The notes: a model not told the origin generated them from the letters alone. 49,047 nt of DNA from Verrucomicrobiota bacterium (GCA_038214755.1 JBBQRQ010000029.1:1-49047), one strand, 5' to 3'. Shown: positions 37,238 through 46,325, numbered from the stretch's first letter. Made by a program: numbers and translations.

Positions 37238-38053
37238 ATGAAAAATATTTTGATTTGTCTGAATTTGAAATGGGTAGTGCAGGCGACGTTTAAATGGGTA
37301 GCACAGGCGACTCGCCTGTCCCGTCCGGCCACTGGCCGGACGGAATGGAAAGAGCGTCTCTACTGCAACCAGGCCCCGAAAAAAGCTCACGCGCTATTCC
37401 CGTTCCGAACGGCGAGTCGCCGTTCGGGACAGGCCAGTGGCCTGTGCTACCCACTGTTCCGAATTGCGGGTTTAATTTTTGTCACGACATTCATTGCCCA
37501 GGCCGAACCGGTAAAAATTCAGTTGCCGCCCGAGACCGCCGTTTACAAATCCGGCCCCGGCGCCGACGTGGCCAACGCGCAATGTTTGACTTGCCACTCC
37601 GCTGATTACGCTGCAATGCAACCGCCCATGCCCGCAAAATTTTGGAAAGGCGCGGTGGACAAAATGATCGCCAAATACGCGGCGCCAATAGAGACGAATC
37701 AAGTGGACGCGCTCGTCGAATATTTTGCCAAACATTACGGGACCGACGGGACAAACGCGGCCGCTTCGACTGTTGCGAAACAAATTCCCACCGACGCATC
37801 CACTGACCCCAAACAGTTGATGCAAAAAAACGGATGCTTCAATTGCCACACCGTGGACAAAAAATTTATTGGCCCCGCCTTCAAAGATGTCGCCGGAAAA
37901 TACAACGGGACATCCGACGCGTTCGCCAAAGTTGCCCATCAAATCCAAAATGGCGGATCAGGTCTATGGGGCCCGATTCCGATGCCGCCCTTCAAACAAT
38001 TTTCGCAGGTGGAAGTAAAAATTTTGTCCGATTGGATTCTAGCGCAGAAATAA
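37238..38053 (+). CDS. Dihaem cytochrome c: SorB-like domain fused to a c551/c552-like domain, with a REPIN in the signal peptide
   Basis: CLTCHSADY..QP..W..V.KM; CFNCH..IGPAF..VA.KY..WGPIPMP. Confidence 0.85.
   Translation: MKNILICLNLKWVVQATFKWVAQATRLSRPATGRTEWKERLYCNQAPKKAHALFPFRTASRRSGQASGLCYPLFRIAGLIFVTTFIAQAEPVKIQLPPETAVYKSGPGADVANAQCLTCHSADYAAMQPPMPAKFWKGAVDKMIAKYAAPIETNQVDALVEYFAKHYGTDGTNAAASTVAKQIPTDASTDPKQLMQKNGCFNCHTVDKKFIGPAFKDVAGKYNGTSDAFAKVAHQIQNGGSGLWGPIPMPPFKQFSQVEVKILSDWILAQK
37295..37453. repeat. GTAG REPIN (159 bp) in frame in the cytochrome N-terminus, preceded by a 24-nt tandem duplication
   Basis: tggGTAGcacaggcgactcgcctgtcccg ... cgggacaggccagtggcctgtgCTACcca; the duplication gives KWVVQAT/KWVAQAT. 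Confidence 0.85.
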
Positions 38054-38381
38054 ATTTCGGTTGGTAATCAACACATCGACATCCACCAAAGGTCAATCAA
38101 CCTTGCCACGACCGCGCCGACCTCCCAGTCACTCGCCGCACGCAGCCGAAAGTTCCCGGCGTCATTCGAGCAACCCGCTGGTAACAGCCAATCATCGCCG
38201 CACCGACGGTAGCCGCGACGACAAAGTCACGCTCGCGGATTGGGAGGAGGAATAAATTTTCAAAACTCAAATGGAAAGACTTGCAACATACGCTGGCAAA
38301 TGCAGGCGCGGTTACATCATGCAGCACCATTCACGTAAATCAACCTGGTCGTAACCGCCGCAACCATCAATCACGCACAGT

Positions 38382-39902
38382 TCAGGGAACCGATTTCTTT
38401 CCTTCATTATTCGGATAGTCTTGGCGGGTGGCGTCGGCGACGGGCGAGTCAGTTGGAGGCGTGACGCCCGCAGCCCGCATCACGCGATGAAGCGCGGCGA
38501 TGGTTTCAGCCGAAGGCTTGAAGTTTCCGGGACGGTGGCCCTCCGCGATCATCAACGGCGTCCATCCATACTTGTTTTTCTGATTCCAGATTTCGATCTT
38601 CGCTCCCTTGTCGGCGAGAAATTGAATCACCTTCGGCAGATTTTTGTAAGCTGCGCCGTGCATCGCGGTTTCGCCGTTTGCGTCAACCGCATTCACCTCC
38701 GCGCCAAGGTCGATGAGGAGTTGAGCCGCTTCGAGGATTTCAGGTTCCGTACCGGCGTTTTCGTTCGCGGCTGACGAACCAACGCCAATTCCACACGCGA
38801 CCATCAGCGGCGTGCAGTTATCAACGTTTCCCAACTTCGGGTCGGCACCCAATTCGAGCAGCAGTCTCATGAAAACGATGTCCGCTGTCGCGCTCGCCAT
38901 GAGGAAAGGCGTCGCGCCGACTTTGTTCCAAAGGCCCGGCCCGCCCTTGCCAGTTTTCAGCCGCGCATTCACGTCCGCGCGGTGCGCTACCAAGGTCTTG
39001 ATGAATTGGACGCTGCTCATATTTCCAGAGCCAAGTGGCGGCGGAGCGCCTTCGTCTTCACCACGCTGCGGTTTGCGAACCCATGTCATTACGTGAAGCG
39101 GAGTGAATCCCGAACGCTGGTCATTCGGATCCGCGCCCGCGTCGAACAAAGCCATTGCAAGTTCGAAATGACCGTTTTCGACCGCCAGGATCAGCGCACT
39201 GGTTCCTTTGCCCGGATTTTTGCCAGAGGGTTTTCGGGGCTGCATCGTCTCGTTCACGTCGGCACCCGCTTTCAACAATACGCGCACAACTTCAGCACGT
39301 CCCTCGCGCGCGGCGAAAAAGAGCGGGGTGAATCCCGAATCGGGAAGTGCCGTTCGGAAATCTGCGCCCGCCTTGAGAAGCAACTCGACAACAGGAGCGT
39401 GGCCCTCCGCCGCCGCCCACATGAGCGCCGTCTGCCCGCGTTTTTCCTTGGCGTCAACCTTCGCGCCGCGGGCGAGCAACGCCTTCACTGGACCGAGCTT
39501 GCCGGTGCGCGCGGCGGTCATCAGCACCGTTTCGCCGCCGCGCAACGTTGTATTCGCGTCGGCGCCGGCGGTGAGCAGGAGTTCCACCAATTCGGTGTTT
39601 CCATTCTCGCACGCGAGCGAAAGCGGCGTCACACCGAAGTTGTTGGTCGCCTTCACGTCGGCGTCGGCTTTCACCAGCAACCGGGCGGTTTCGAGATCGT
39701 CCAGATGTGCCGCCCAGTGCAACGCCGCCATGCCGTCCGCCTGTGACGCGTTCACATCGGCGTGTTGCTTGAGAAGTGTGCGGATGGCCGTGCGGTCTGA
39801 TTTCTCGGCGGCATCGGCCAGTGGCGACTTGATGCTGGCCGCAGGACTGGATGCTGCTAACAACATAGCCAGGCCGACTGCGCGTGCTTGTTGCTTCGTC
39901 AT
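38382..39902 (-). CDS. Exported ankyrin-repeat protein
   Basis: Many G.T.L..AA..G...V..LL..GADVN repeats; signal peptide. Confidence 0.92.
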   Translation of the reverse strand: MTKQQARAVGLAMLLAASSPAASIKSPLADAAEKSDRTAIRTLLKQHADVNASQADGMAALHWAAHLDDLETARLLVKADADVKATNNFGVTPLSLACENGNTELVELLLTAGADANTTLRGGETVLMTAARTGKLGPVKALLARGAKVDAKEKRGQTALMWAAAEGHAPVVELLLKAGADFRTALPDSGFTPLFFAAREGRAEVVRVLLKAGADVNETMQPRKPSGKNPGKGTSALILAVENGHFELAMALFDAGADPNDQRSGFTPLHVMTWVRKPQRGEDEGAPPPLGSGNMSSVQFIKTLVAHRADVNARLKTGKGGPGLWNKVGATPFLMASATADIVFMRLLLELGADPKLGNVDNCTPLMVACGIGVGSSAANENAGTEPEILEAAQLLIDLGAEVNAVDANGETAMHGAAYKNLPKVIQFLADKGAKIEIWNQKNKYGWTPLMIAEGHRPGNFKPSAETIAALHRVMRAAGVTPPTDSPVADATRQDYPNNEGKKSVP

Positions 39903-40246
39903 TTCTTACCAGTGCGGTAGGGGATTTTAGCTTCCGAGAGCACCATGGATTTGGATTCATCTTTTGGCGCCAGGGTAACACGAACTGTGACGCCAAGAAC
40001 TTCCGCCACGCGGCGCAACATGGTCAAGGAGTGGCCTTCGTAAGAAGGCGATTCGAGGCGGCTGATGTTTTGCTGGGAGGTTTTGAGTTTCCGCGCGAGG
40101 TCCCTTTGCGAAAGGCCGGCTTTCTCGCGTAGCGCGGCAATCTGCATCGCCACGTCCCAAGCTTCACCGGCGCGTTTGAATCGTACCGCAAAATCCGGGT
40201 CGCGGAGTTGTTCTTCGAGAAAAAGATCAAAGTCGGTCTTGCTCAT
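39899..40246 (-). CDS. XRE-family HTH antitoxin (HigA-like)
   Basis: LREKAGLSQRDLARKLKTSQQNISRLE; overlaps both neighbours by 4 nt. Confidence 0.88.
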   Translation of the reverse strand: MSKTDFDLFLEEQLRDPDFAVRFKRAGEAWDVAMQIAALREKAGLSQRDLARKLKTSQQNISRLESPSYEGHSLTMLRRVAEVLGVTVRVTLAPKDESKSMVLSEAKIPYRTGKK

Positions 40247-40596
40247 GCCTCATTCCTTTCCTTCCAGTCGCGCATTCGCTCGTGCGCTGTGTTCAAGTCG
40301 CGGGTCGGGATGGCCTGACCTTTATTGCGGATGCCGTGAACAGCGAAGATTCGGCGGCCTTTCATAAAGAACCACAGCACGCGAGTGTTCAATTTGCCGA
40401 CGTGCCGGAGTTCGAACAGGCCATCACCGAGCGCCTTCGTCAAAGGCTCACGGTGACACTGCCGGTTGCGCAATTTTTCCAGCCCCGCCGCCACTGCCGC
40501 GAAATCATCGGGATCGCTGGCCTTGAGTTCCAAGAGAAACTCCCGCACGGGCGAATGACCGTTCGCAGTTTTGTAGAACTCTACGTCGAACTCCAT
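40243..40596 (-). CDS. RelE/ParE-superfamily toxin (Gp49/HigB-like)
   Basis: FYKTANGHSPVREFL, K.L.DGLFELR, RVLWFF, HG..K; toxin-first gene order. Confidence 0.85.
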   Translation of the reverse strand: MEFDVEFYKTANGHSPVREFLLELKASDPDDFAAVAAGLEKLRNRQCHREPLTKALGDGLFELRHVGKLNTRVLWFFMKGRRIFAVHGIRNKGQAIPTRDLNTAHERMRDWKERNEA

Positions 40597-40604
40597 AACT
40601 TGGC

Positions 40605-40622
40605 AACATCAAATTTGATGTT
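40605..40622. promoter_or_regulatory. Perfect 18-bp palindrome, probable antitoxin operator
   Basis: AACATCAAATTTGATGTT, 8 nt upstream of the toxin ATG. Confidence 0.65.
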
Positions 40623-40665
40623 CTTCGGCCAGCCCTTCGACTTCATAGACCAACGACAGTTTCAA

Positions 40666-42006
40666 TCAAATCCCCATCGGCTCAAACAACTCATCCACCT
40701 TGCCGTTGCTGTCCGCGAACTTGTCGAGCCGCACACCGACTTTGTCGAGCAGCGTCAGGTGGAGATTGGCCAGCGGGGTCGGCTTCGCGTACTTGATGTG
40801 ACGTCCGCCTTTCATTCCGCCCGCCGCGCCACCGGCGACCAGGATCGGCAAATTCGAGTGGTCATGCACGTTGGGATTGCCAATGCCGCTGCCGTAAAGA
40901 TAGAGCGAATGATCGAGCAAGGTGCCGTTCCCTTCCGGCGTCGCCTTCAATTTCCCAAGGAACTCCGCGAACAGCGACACGTGGAACTGATTGATCTTCG
41001 CCATGCGCGCGATTTTTTCCGGATCGTTGCCGTGATGCGAGAGTGGATGATGCGGATCGGACACGCCAATCTCTGGGTAAGTGCGATTGCTCGTTTCGCG
41101 CGCGAGCTGGAACGTGATGACGCGCGTGACATCGCCTTGGAGCGCCAGGACCTGCAAATCGAACATCAATCGCGCGTGGTCAGCGTAAGCGGCCGGCACG
41201 CCCACGGGCCGATCCAGATCCGGCAACGGATTGTCCGCCGCGTTGGCCTCGGCCTTTTGAATCCGGCGTTCGACTTCGCGGATGGTTTCGAGATACTGGC
41301 TGACCCGGGCGCGATCACCCGGTCCGAGTTTGCGGTTCAGGCGCGCGATGTCTTCGTTGAACCAGTCGAGCAAGCTGGCCTTTTTCCGCAAGGCGGCCTG
41401 TCGCTCCAACCTGCTGCCGCCTTCGCCGAACAAGCTTTCAAAAACGATTCGTGGATGCGCCTCCGCCGGCAGAGGCGTCGTGGGCGACGACCATGAAAGA
41501 TTATTTTGATAAACGCAGGCATAGCCGTTGTCGCATTGGCCGACCACCTGCATCAAGTCCATCGAAAGCTCCAGCGACGGCAATTGCGTCTCCTGACCGA
41601 TCTGTTTCGCGGCGATCTGATCCACCGTCGTGCCGAGGTAATAGTCCGTGCTCTCCGTCAACTTCGCCTTGGCGGCACTCAGGAAGGCGGAGTTCGAGGT
41701 CGCATGGCTGCCGGGATAGGCGTTTTGCAACTCCAGATTCGTGATGGCCGTGACGTGTTCCCTGACCGGGGCCAGTGAACTCAGGATCGGCGAAAGCTGA
41801 TCGAGCTTGTCGCCCTGCGGAGTCCACCGCGTGATGTCGCACCCCATCGGCATGAAAACGAAACCGAGGCGGCGCACGGGATTGGCTGCGGTTTTGGCCA
41901 GCGCAGTCGCCGCCGGAACCATCGCGTCCAACAACGGCAGCGCCATCGTTGCTCCCACGCCGCGCAGGAACGTGCGGCGAGGCATAAATTTTTTCGTGAT
42001 GATCAT
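40666..42006 (-). CDS. DUF1552 (HXXSHH) protein
   Basis: RRTFLRG...LPLLDAM, HHPLSHH, GTLLD, H.H.NLP...GG. Confidence 0.92.
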   Translation of the reverse strand: MIITKKFMPRRTFLRGVGATMALPLLDAMVPAATALAKTAANPVRRLGFVFMPMGCDITRWTPQGDKLDQLSPILSSLAPVREHVTAITNLELQNAYPGSHATSNSAFLSAAKAKLTESTDYYLGTTVDQIAAKQIGQETQLPSLELSMDLMQVVGQCDNGYACVYQNNLSWSSPTTPLPAEAHPRIVFESLFGEGGSRLERQAALRKKASLLDWFNEDIARLNRKLGPGDRARVSQYLETIREVERRIQKAEANAADNPLPDLDRPVGVPAAYADHARLMFDLQVLALQGDVTRVITFQLARETSNRTYPEIGVSDPHHPLSHHGNDPEKIARMAKINQFHVSLFAEFLGKLKATPEGNGTLLDHSLYLYGSGIGNPNVHDHSNLPILVAGGAAGGMKGGRHIKYAKPTPLANLHLTLLDKVGVRLDKFADSNGKVDELFEPMGI

Positions 42007-42181
42007 AGAACGCCTTTCTTCATGCTCGATGCGGGCTTCATAGGCATTCGTCTAACACAGATTCCTTGCGTTTGCACCAAGGAAAAACGGCGGGCAAGCG
42101 CTGATTCGTTTCAACGCAAAGACGCCAAGCCGCAAAGAATTTCAACGACGGATGAAGCGAAAAACTGAAGACCCGAAAAAA

Positions 42182-42631
42182 TCAAGCTGGCACACTCGGT
42201 CGGTCGTGCTCGTCAATCCATTGCACGGCCTTGACCATAGTTTGTTCCGGCGTGTTCGTCTTTTTGAGTTCTTGGTGCTTGCTCTCAAGCTGCTCCAAGA
42301 ATTCACTGATTTCTTTTACCCGCGAATCAAAAGCTTTTTTCAAGTCTGCTTTGGCATGACCGTTCTGGCCCAATGTAGATTCAAACAGGCTGCCGGAAAA
42401 AACCGCGATCCCATAAATCATTTCCGCCATCTTCTTTGAGGTTTCGACCGTCATTCCGTATTTGTCTTGGAGGGCCTTGATGAACAAATCAATTTCTTTG
42501 ACCTCCGTCTTTACGGCAGTGAAGTCATTTACGTTGTTTTGTTGCCCTCGCTCAATCGTGGCTTCAAACAAGCCTTCGGAAAAGGTGGCGAGACCATCTA
42601 TCATTTTTCTGTTGAATCCGCAGAGTGGCAT
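42182..42631 (-). CDS. Hypothetical helical protein with an internal duplication
   Basis: 149 aa; MIDGLATFSEGLFEATI..VKEIDLF resembles MIYGIAVFSGSLFESTL..VKEISEF. Confidence 0.7.
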   Translation of the reverse strand: MPLCGFNRKMIDGLATFSEGLFEATIERGQQNNVNDFTAVKTEVKEIDLFIKALQDKYGMTVETSKKMAEMIYGIAVFSGSLFESTLGQNGHAKADLKKAFDSRVKEISEFLEQLESKHQELKKTNTPEQTMVKAVQWIDEHDRPSVPA

Positions 42632-42636
42632 AAATT

Positions 42637-43335
42637 TTAAGTGTGGGCTTTTGGTTGGTGTTGATGTGCGTGTTCTACAAAAACGTCGTCTGTTAAGGTC
42701 CAGATGATATTTGAAAGCATCATTTGAAAAGCAATCGTGCCCCCAAAAAATGCGTCCATGTGTTCTTGGTCAATTTTGTTTTCACCGAGGGTAAAAGCAT
42801 ACAATGTCAGAATCGCAAAGGCAATTGATATGGGAATATCGCTGAATTTCATCGATAAAAAGAAGGCCTTGCTGATAGGGGGCTGCTGATGAACGAGTGC
42901 TTTCGCCAGAGTAAAATCCAAAATCACGAATAGCAGGGCCGTGAGAAACAAACAAACCATGCTCGAACGACGGTCCGTCAGAAAAATGAAAATGCGAAAG
43001 TATTCATTCAGCGAAACCAGAAAAACTCCAAGCAACGCAAATATCGAAACGACTATCAGCGCCGTCTTTTCGCCTCCTATGTCGTTAAAATATTTTTTCT
43101 TATACCCTTCACGGTAGATGAAGCACGTATAAATGAACGTAAATCCCAAAGCACAGACCTCCCAATTCTTCCAAGACGAAAGTTTGCTCCACCCGAACAC
43201 TTTGGTCATCCCAAGAACGACGCAGGCACAGAGAAGGGACAATGAAATGACGTTACGGCAAACATAATGCCAAGCGATTTTGGGAACGTCTCGAAGGCCC
43301 AAATCTTCAATCTTCGTCTTATTGATTTTTGCCAT
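42637..43335 (-). CDS. Hypothetical integral membrane protein (about 6 TM)
   Basis: Alternating hydrophobic segments; the ATG overlaps the symporter 3' end. Confidence 0.7.
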   Translation of the reverse strand: MAKINKTKIEDLGLRDVPKIAWHYVCRNVISLSLLCACVVLGMTKVFGWSKLSSWKNWEVCALGFTFIYTCFIYREGYKKKYFNDIGGEKTALIVVSIFALLGVFLVSLNEYFRIFIFLTDRRSSMVCLFLTALLFVILDFTLAKALVHQQPPISKAFFLSMKFSDIPISIAFAILTLYAFTLGENKIDQEHMDAFFGGTIAFQMMLSNIIWTLTDDVFVEHAHQHQPKAHT

Positions 43336-45015
43336 GCGCAGATAGTAGATAGCCAATTGAGTAAATAAGCGTGCTCAAAATAATGCAAACCAAAACCGGA
43401 TACCAAGCATAGTCTGGCTTCCAAATCACGGCGTAGATTCCGATGGAGATTCCGGCAACAGCACCCACGATCATGCTGGCATTTGCCCAGAACGCATTCG
43501 GATGTTTTTTCAGGAACAGGATGCCGAAGATCAGAGGAAAAAATGAAAGCTGCGCCGAATAAAAGGCTAGGAGAAGGTTTATGAAAAGTTCCCCGCCGTT
43601 TGCAACGTGCTTGTCGAAGAAAACAAAAAACAAAATGCCCAAGACAATCGCCAAGAAACCGAAGAGTCTCCCTGCGTTCGTAATTTTTGAATAGTTGTTC
43701 CTTTTTTGCTCGTCGTTTTCGCTGTCGAGCAATTTGCGTGTTTTCCCGTAAGAGTCGTAAACGAACGTGAAGATTATGCCGACGATAAATGAGTCAACCG
43801 TTGACAGCATGATTGCAAGAACACTGACGATGAAAGCAAAGCCGACAAAATGCTGAACCAGACTGCCGGAGTTGATTAGCTGCTTCGGAATATCAATCAG
43901 TAAATCAGTAACAGTGAAGTGAGGCAAAGCACTGACGGCAAGCAAGCCGAAGAACAAGAAGATCATCCAAGTGAACGGCGATTCAATAGCGTAAATTAGC
44001 AAACCTTTGCGGATGTTCAGATGCAGATTCTCAACATCGTTTTCTCGGTCTGCCTTGACCGACAAAAGCCGCTGCCATTTGTTAAGTCAACGAACTGCCA
44101 ACACAGCGGCAAAACTATTAGAGTAAGAAGGCCGGAGATTCCAAAGCCCTCAACATTTACCAGGTTTGACACAGTTGGTTTGAAATCTGGTTGCAGGACG
44201 ATCTTGTAGATTGCGACACCGAAAAGAAGAATGAGCAAAGCACAAACTGCGGTGTTCAGGATTTGATTTATGGTTCTGTTTGTCGTGGTGTCCTCTTCGC
44301 TAAATTTGATGAATCGGAATTTCCGGATGAAAACAATTATCGGGATGTAGATAACCAATGTCAAAAAACTGAACGAGAGAGCGCCTGAAGTGTTAACGCC
44401 TTTCATAAGCAGCAAATAGAAAAAATAAAGCATGATCCCAAAAACACCAGTGTAAGAAATGATCAGTTGCAGTTGATCTGTTCGGATAGAACTCAACTGT
44501 CCACCGTAAGCGATATAGCTGAAAACAAAGAGCAAGGTGACGGCGACAATTACATAAAAAACATTTTTGTTTTCAACAACCGAGAGAAGAACTTTTGAAC
44601 CAAAATAGGTTTCCGCAATTGCAAAGCCGAGAAATCCAATCATCGTCAGATAGGAAGCAACCACGCGAACGCTCATCCCATACTGCTTCCCCAAAAATCC
44701 GTGAAGGGTCAGGTCTTGCCCGATGAACTGCTTGTAGCGGTTGAAGCAAAGATAAAAAAGGAAGATGCCAAGTCCCCAACAAACCGTGTTGACCGCTGGG
44801 ACAAAATAAAAATTTTGCGCGCCCCAAAGCAAAAATGGATAAACCGTGCTGACTTGAAAGGCGTAGGCGATGGAAGAACTCGAAAAAGCTGTGACACCAA
44901 CTTTCTTGTAAGCGACAAAGAAATCATCAGGATGGCTCAAGTCCCTCTTGGCCACTGACAACGCGCCGATGACATAAATCAGCAGCGGTATTCCTATGAC
45001 GATTGCTCCAAGCAT
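43319..45015 (-). pseudogene. Sodium:solute symporter (SSS) family protein split by a 1-nt deletion at about 44077 (pseudogene or sequencing error)
   Basis: DDFFVA, YGG..S..RTDQLQ, MLSTVDS; adding one base joins the two ORFs as QFVDLTNWQRLLSVK. Confidence 0.8.
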
Positions 45016-45291
45016 TGCTACACAATGGTTCGCATCACTCGCCACGCATAACAGACCTACCGGGAAAACAAAAAAGATTGTTGTGACGATTAAAAATTAG
45101 AGCGAGGCCGTCAAGCGCGTTTCGCTTGACGTACACGGGTAAGTCGCGTCAATCAGCGGTTGAAAGCATCTCACCCCGGCCCTCTCCAAACTTCGGGGAC
45201 ACCTCATCCGGCTTCGCCACCTTCTCCCCCATCCGATGCGGAGAAGGATTCTTCTGCGTTCTTTGTGTTCTTTCGCGGCATTGAATCTGCG

Positions 45292-45342
45292 TTAAGAATA
45301 ATTCTCCATCCCCACGCACGAGCAGACCAGGTTGCGGTCGCC
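45292..45342 (-). pseudogene. 3'-terminal remnant of a glycine dehydrogenase (gcvP-like) gene
   Basis: Translates as GDRNLVCSCVGMENYS*, matching the GcvP C-terminal GDRNL.CSC motif. Confidence 0.65.
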
Positions 45343-45354
45343 GCAGAAGATTGT

Positions 45355-45561
45355 TTACGCCGCCAATTTCTGCGATTCGTCCAACGCCTCTTCGACGGTC
45401 AAGCGCCCTTCCTTGATAGCCATGCACGCACGCATGGTGTTCAGTTCGGCCAGCATGGGATCGTTCGGCTCTTCCTCGGCAAAAGACTTTGCGAGCCGCG
45501 CGAGTTTGTCCGCTGGAATGCCAGCCTGGCGGGCAATCGTTTCGTAATCGAAGTAGCGCAT
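45355..45561 (-). CDS. Small hypothetical helical protein (68 aa)
   Basis: Protein-like composition; strong promoter directly upstream. Confidence 0.65.
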   Translation of the reverse strand: MRYFDYETIARQAGIPADKLARLAKSFAEEEPNDPMLAELNTMRACMAIKEGRLTVEEALDESQKLAA

Positions 45562-45566
45562 AATGT

Positions 45567-45596
45567 TTTATAGTTCCGGTGGCGATAGAATGTCAA
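45567..45596 (-). promoter_or_regulatory. Sigma70-type promoter, probably giving a leaderless transcript
   Basis: TTGACA-N18-TATAAA ending 5 nt before the ATG at 45561. Confidence 0.6.
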
Positions 45597-45705
45597 TGGG
45601 CGGCAGACCCGCCGTGCTCGCGCCCGTCGCGGGCAGGTCAGCGTCAATCAGCGGTTGAAAGTTTTCTGCCTTTGAAATCGTTTCATTGGCTGCTACAGTT
45701 ACGGC

Positions 45706-45921
45706 ATGAGCGTGACGACATTTGAAGGCGTAGTCGAAAACGGCCAGATTCACTTGGCCGCCGATGTTTGTCTGCCAGAGAAGGCGAAGGTCTATGTGAT
45801 TGTCCCGAACGGTGCTGTGCCGCCGCCGGCTTTCATGGCGAGTCCGCGTCTCGCGCATCCAAAGGACGCCATCGCTTTCAAAAAGGAAGTAGTTCAAGGC
45901 ACGCCAAATGCCGACGTATGA
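45706..45921 (+). CDS. Small AF2212/DUF104-like (AbrB-type fold) putative antitoxin
   Basis: FEGVVENGQI.L.....LPE...VYVIV. Confidence 0.65.
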   Translation: MSVTTFEGVVENGQIHLAADVCLPEKAKVYVIVPNGAVPPPAFMASPRLAHPKDAIAFKKEVVQGTPNADV

Positions 45922-46300
45922 CGCCATTCGGTTCTCGCCGCCCGCGCCCTTGGCGCTGGTCATCTTTCGCAACGTAGCGACCGGCGCAAGCGCGTCAGGC
46001 GTGCCGATGTTGCTGGATTCGGGTGCTGATGTATCGCTCGTCCCACGGCAGACCGTTCTCGCGCTCGGTGTTTCCATTGACCCAGCCGCGGTCTATGAAT
46101 TGATGGGGTTCGACGGGAACCGGAGTTTGGCGCAAGCGGTGAATCTCGACCTCATCTTTCTTGGGCGAACGTTTCGGGGCCGGTTCCTGTTGATTCACCA
46201 CGAATGCGGCATCTTGGGCCGCGACATTCTCAATCACGTTTCGTTGTCGCTCGACGGGACGAATTTGACTTGGGACGAGCGGACATCCTTCGCCAAATAA
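45908..46300 (+). CDS. Retropepsin-like (clan AA) aspartyl protease
   Basis: LLDSGAD and ILGRDIL; overlaps the upstream gene by 14 nt. Confidence 0.8.
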   Translation: MPTYDAIRFSPPAPLALVIFRNVATGASASGVPMLLDSGADVSLVPRQTVLALGVSIDPAAVYELMGFDGNRSLAQAVNLDLIFLGRTFRGRFLLIHHECGILGRDILNHVSLSLDGTNLTWDERTSFAK

Positions 46301-46325
46301 CTAGACGCGTCCACGAATTTCCCGT

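Larger units (their letters stand above)
45146..45661. repeat. Exact 21-bp direct repeats (45146-45166 and 45641-45661) bounding a small cassette
   Basis: gcgtcaatcagcggttgaaag occurs twice. Confidence 0.85.

Noticed and set aside
38061..38255. 64-aa ORF with an EF-hand-like tail (DGSRDDKVTLADW)
   Set aside because: Weak start and mostly non-protein-like composition; at best a decayed fragment
40282..41496. Long alternative ORFs (404 aa here; also 10333-11583, 35968-37029, 4419-5414)
   Set aside because: Antisense shadows of well-supported genes, with no recognisable motifs
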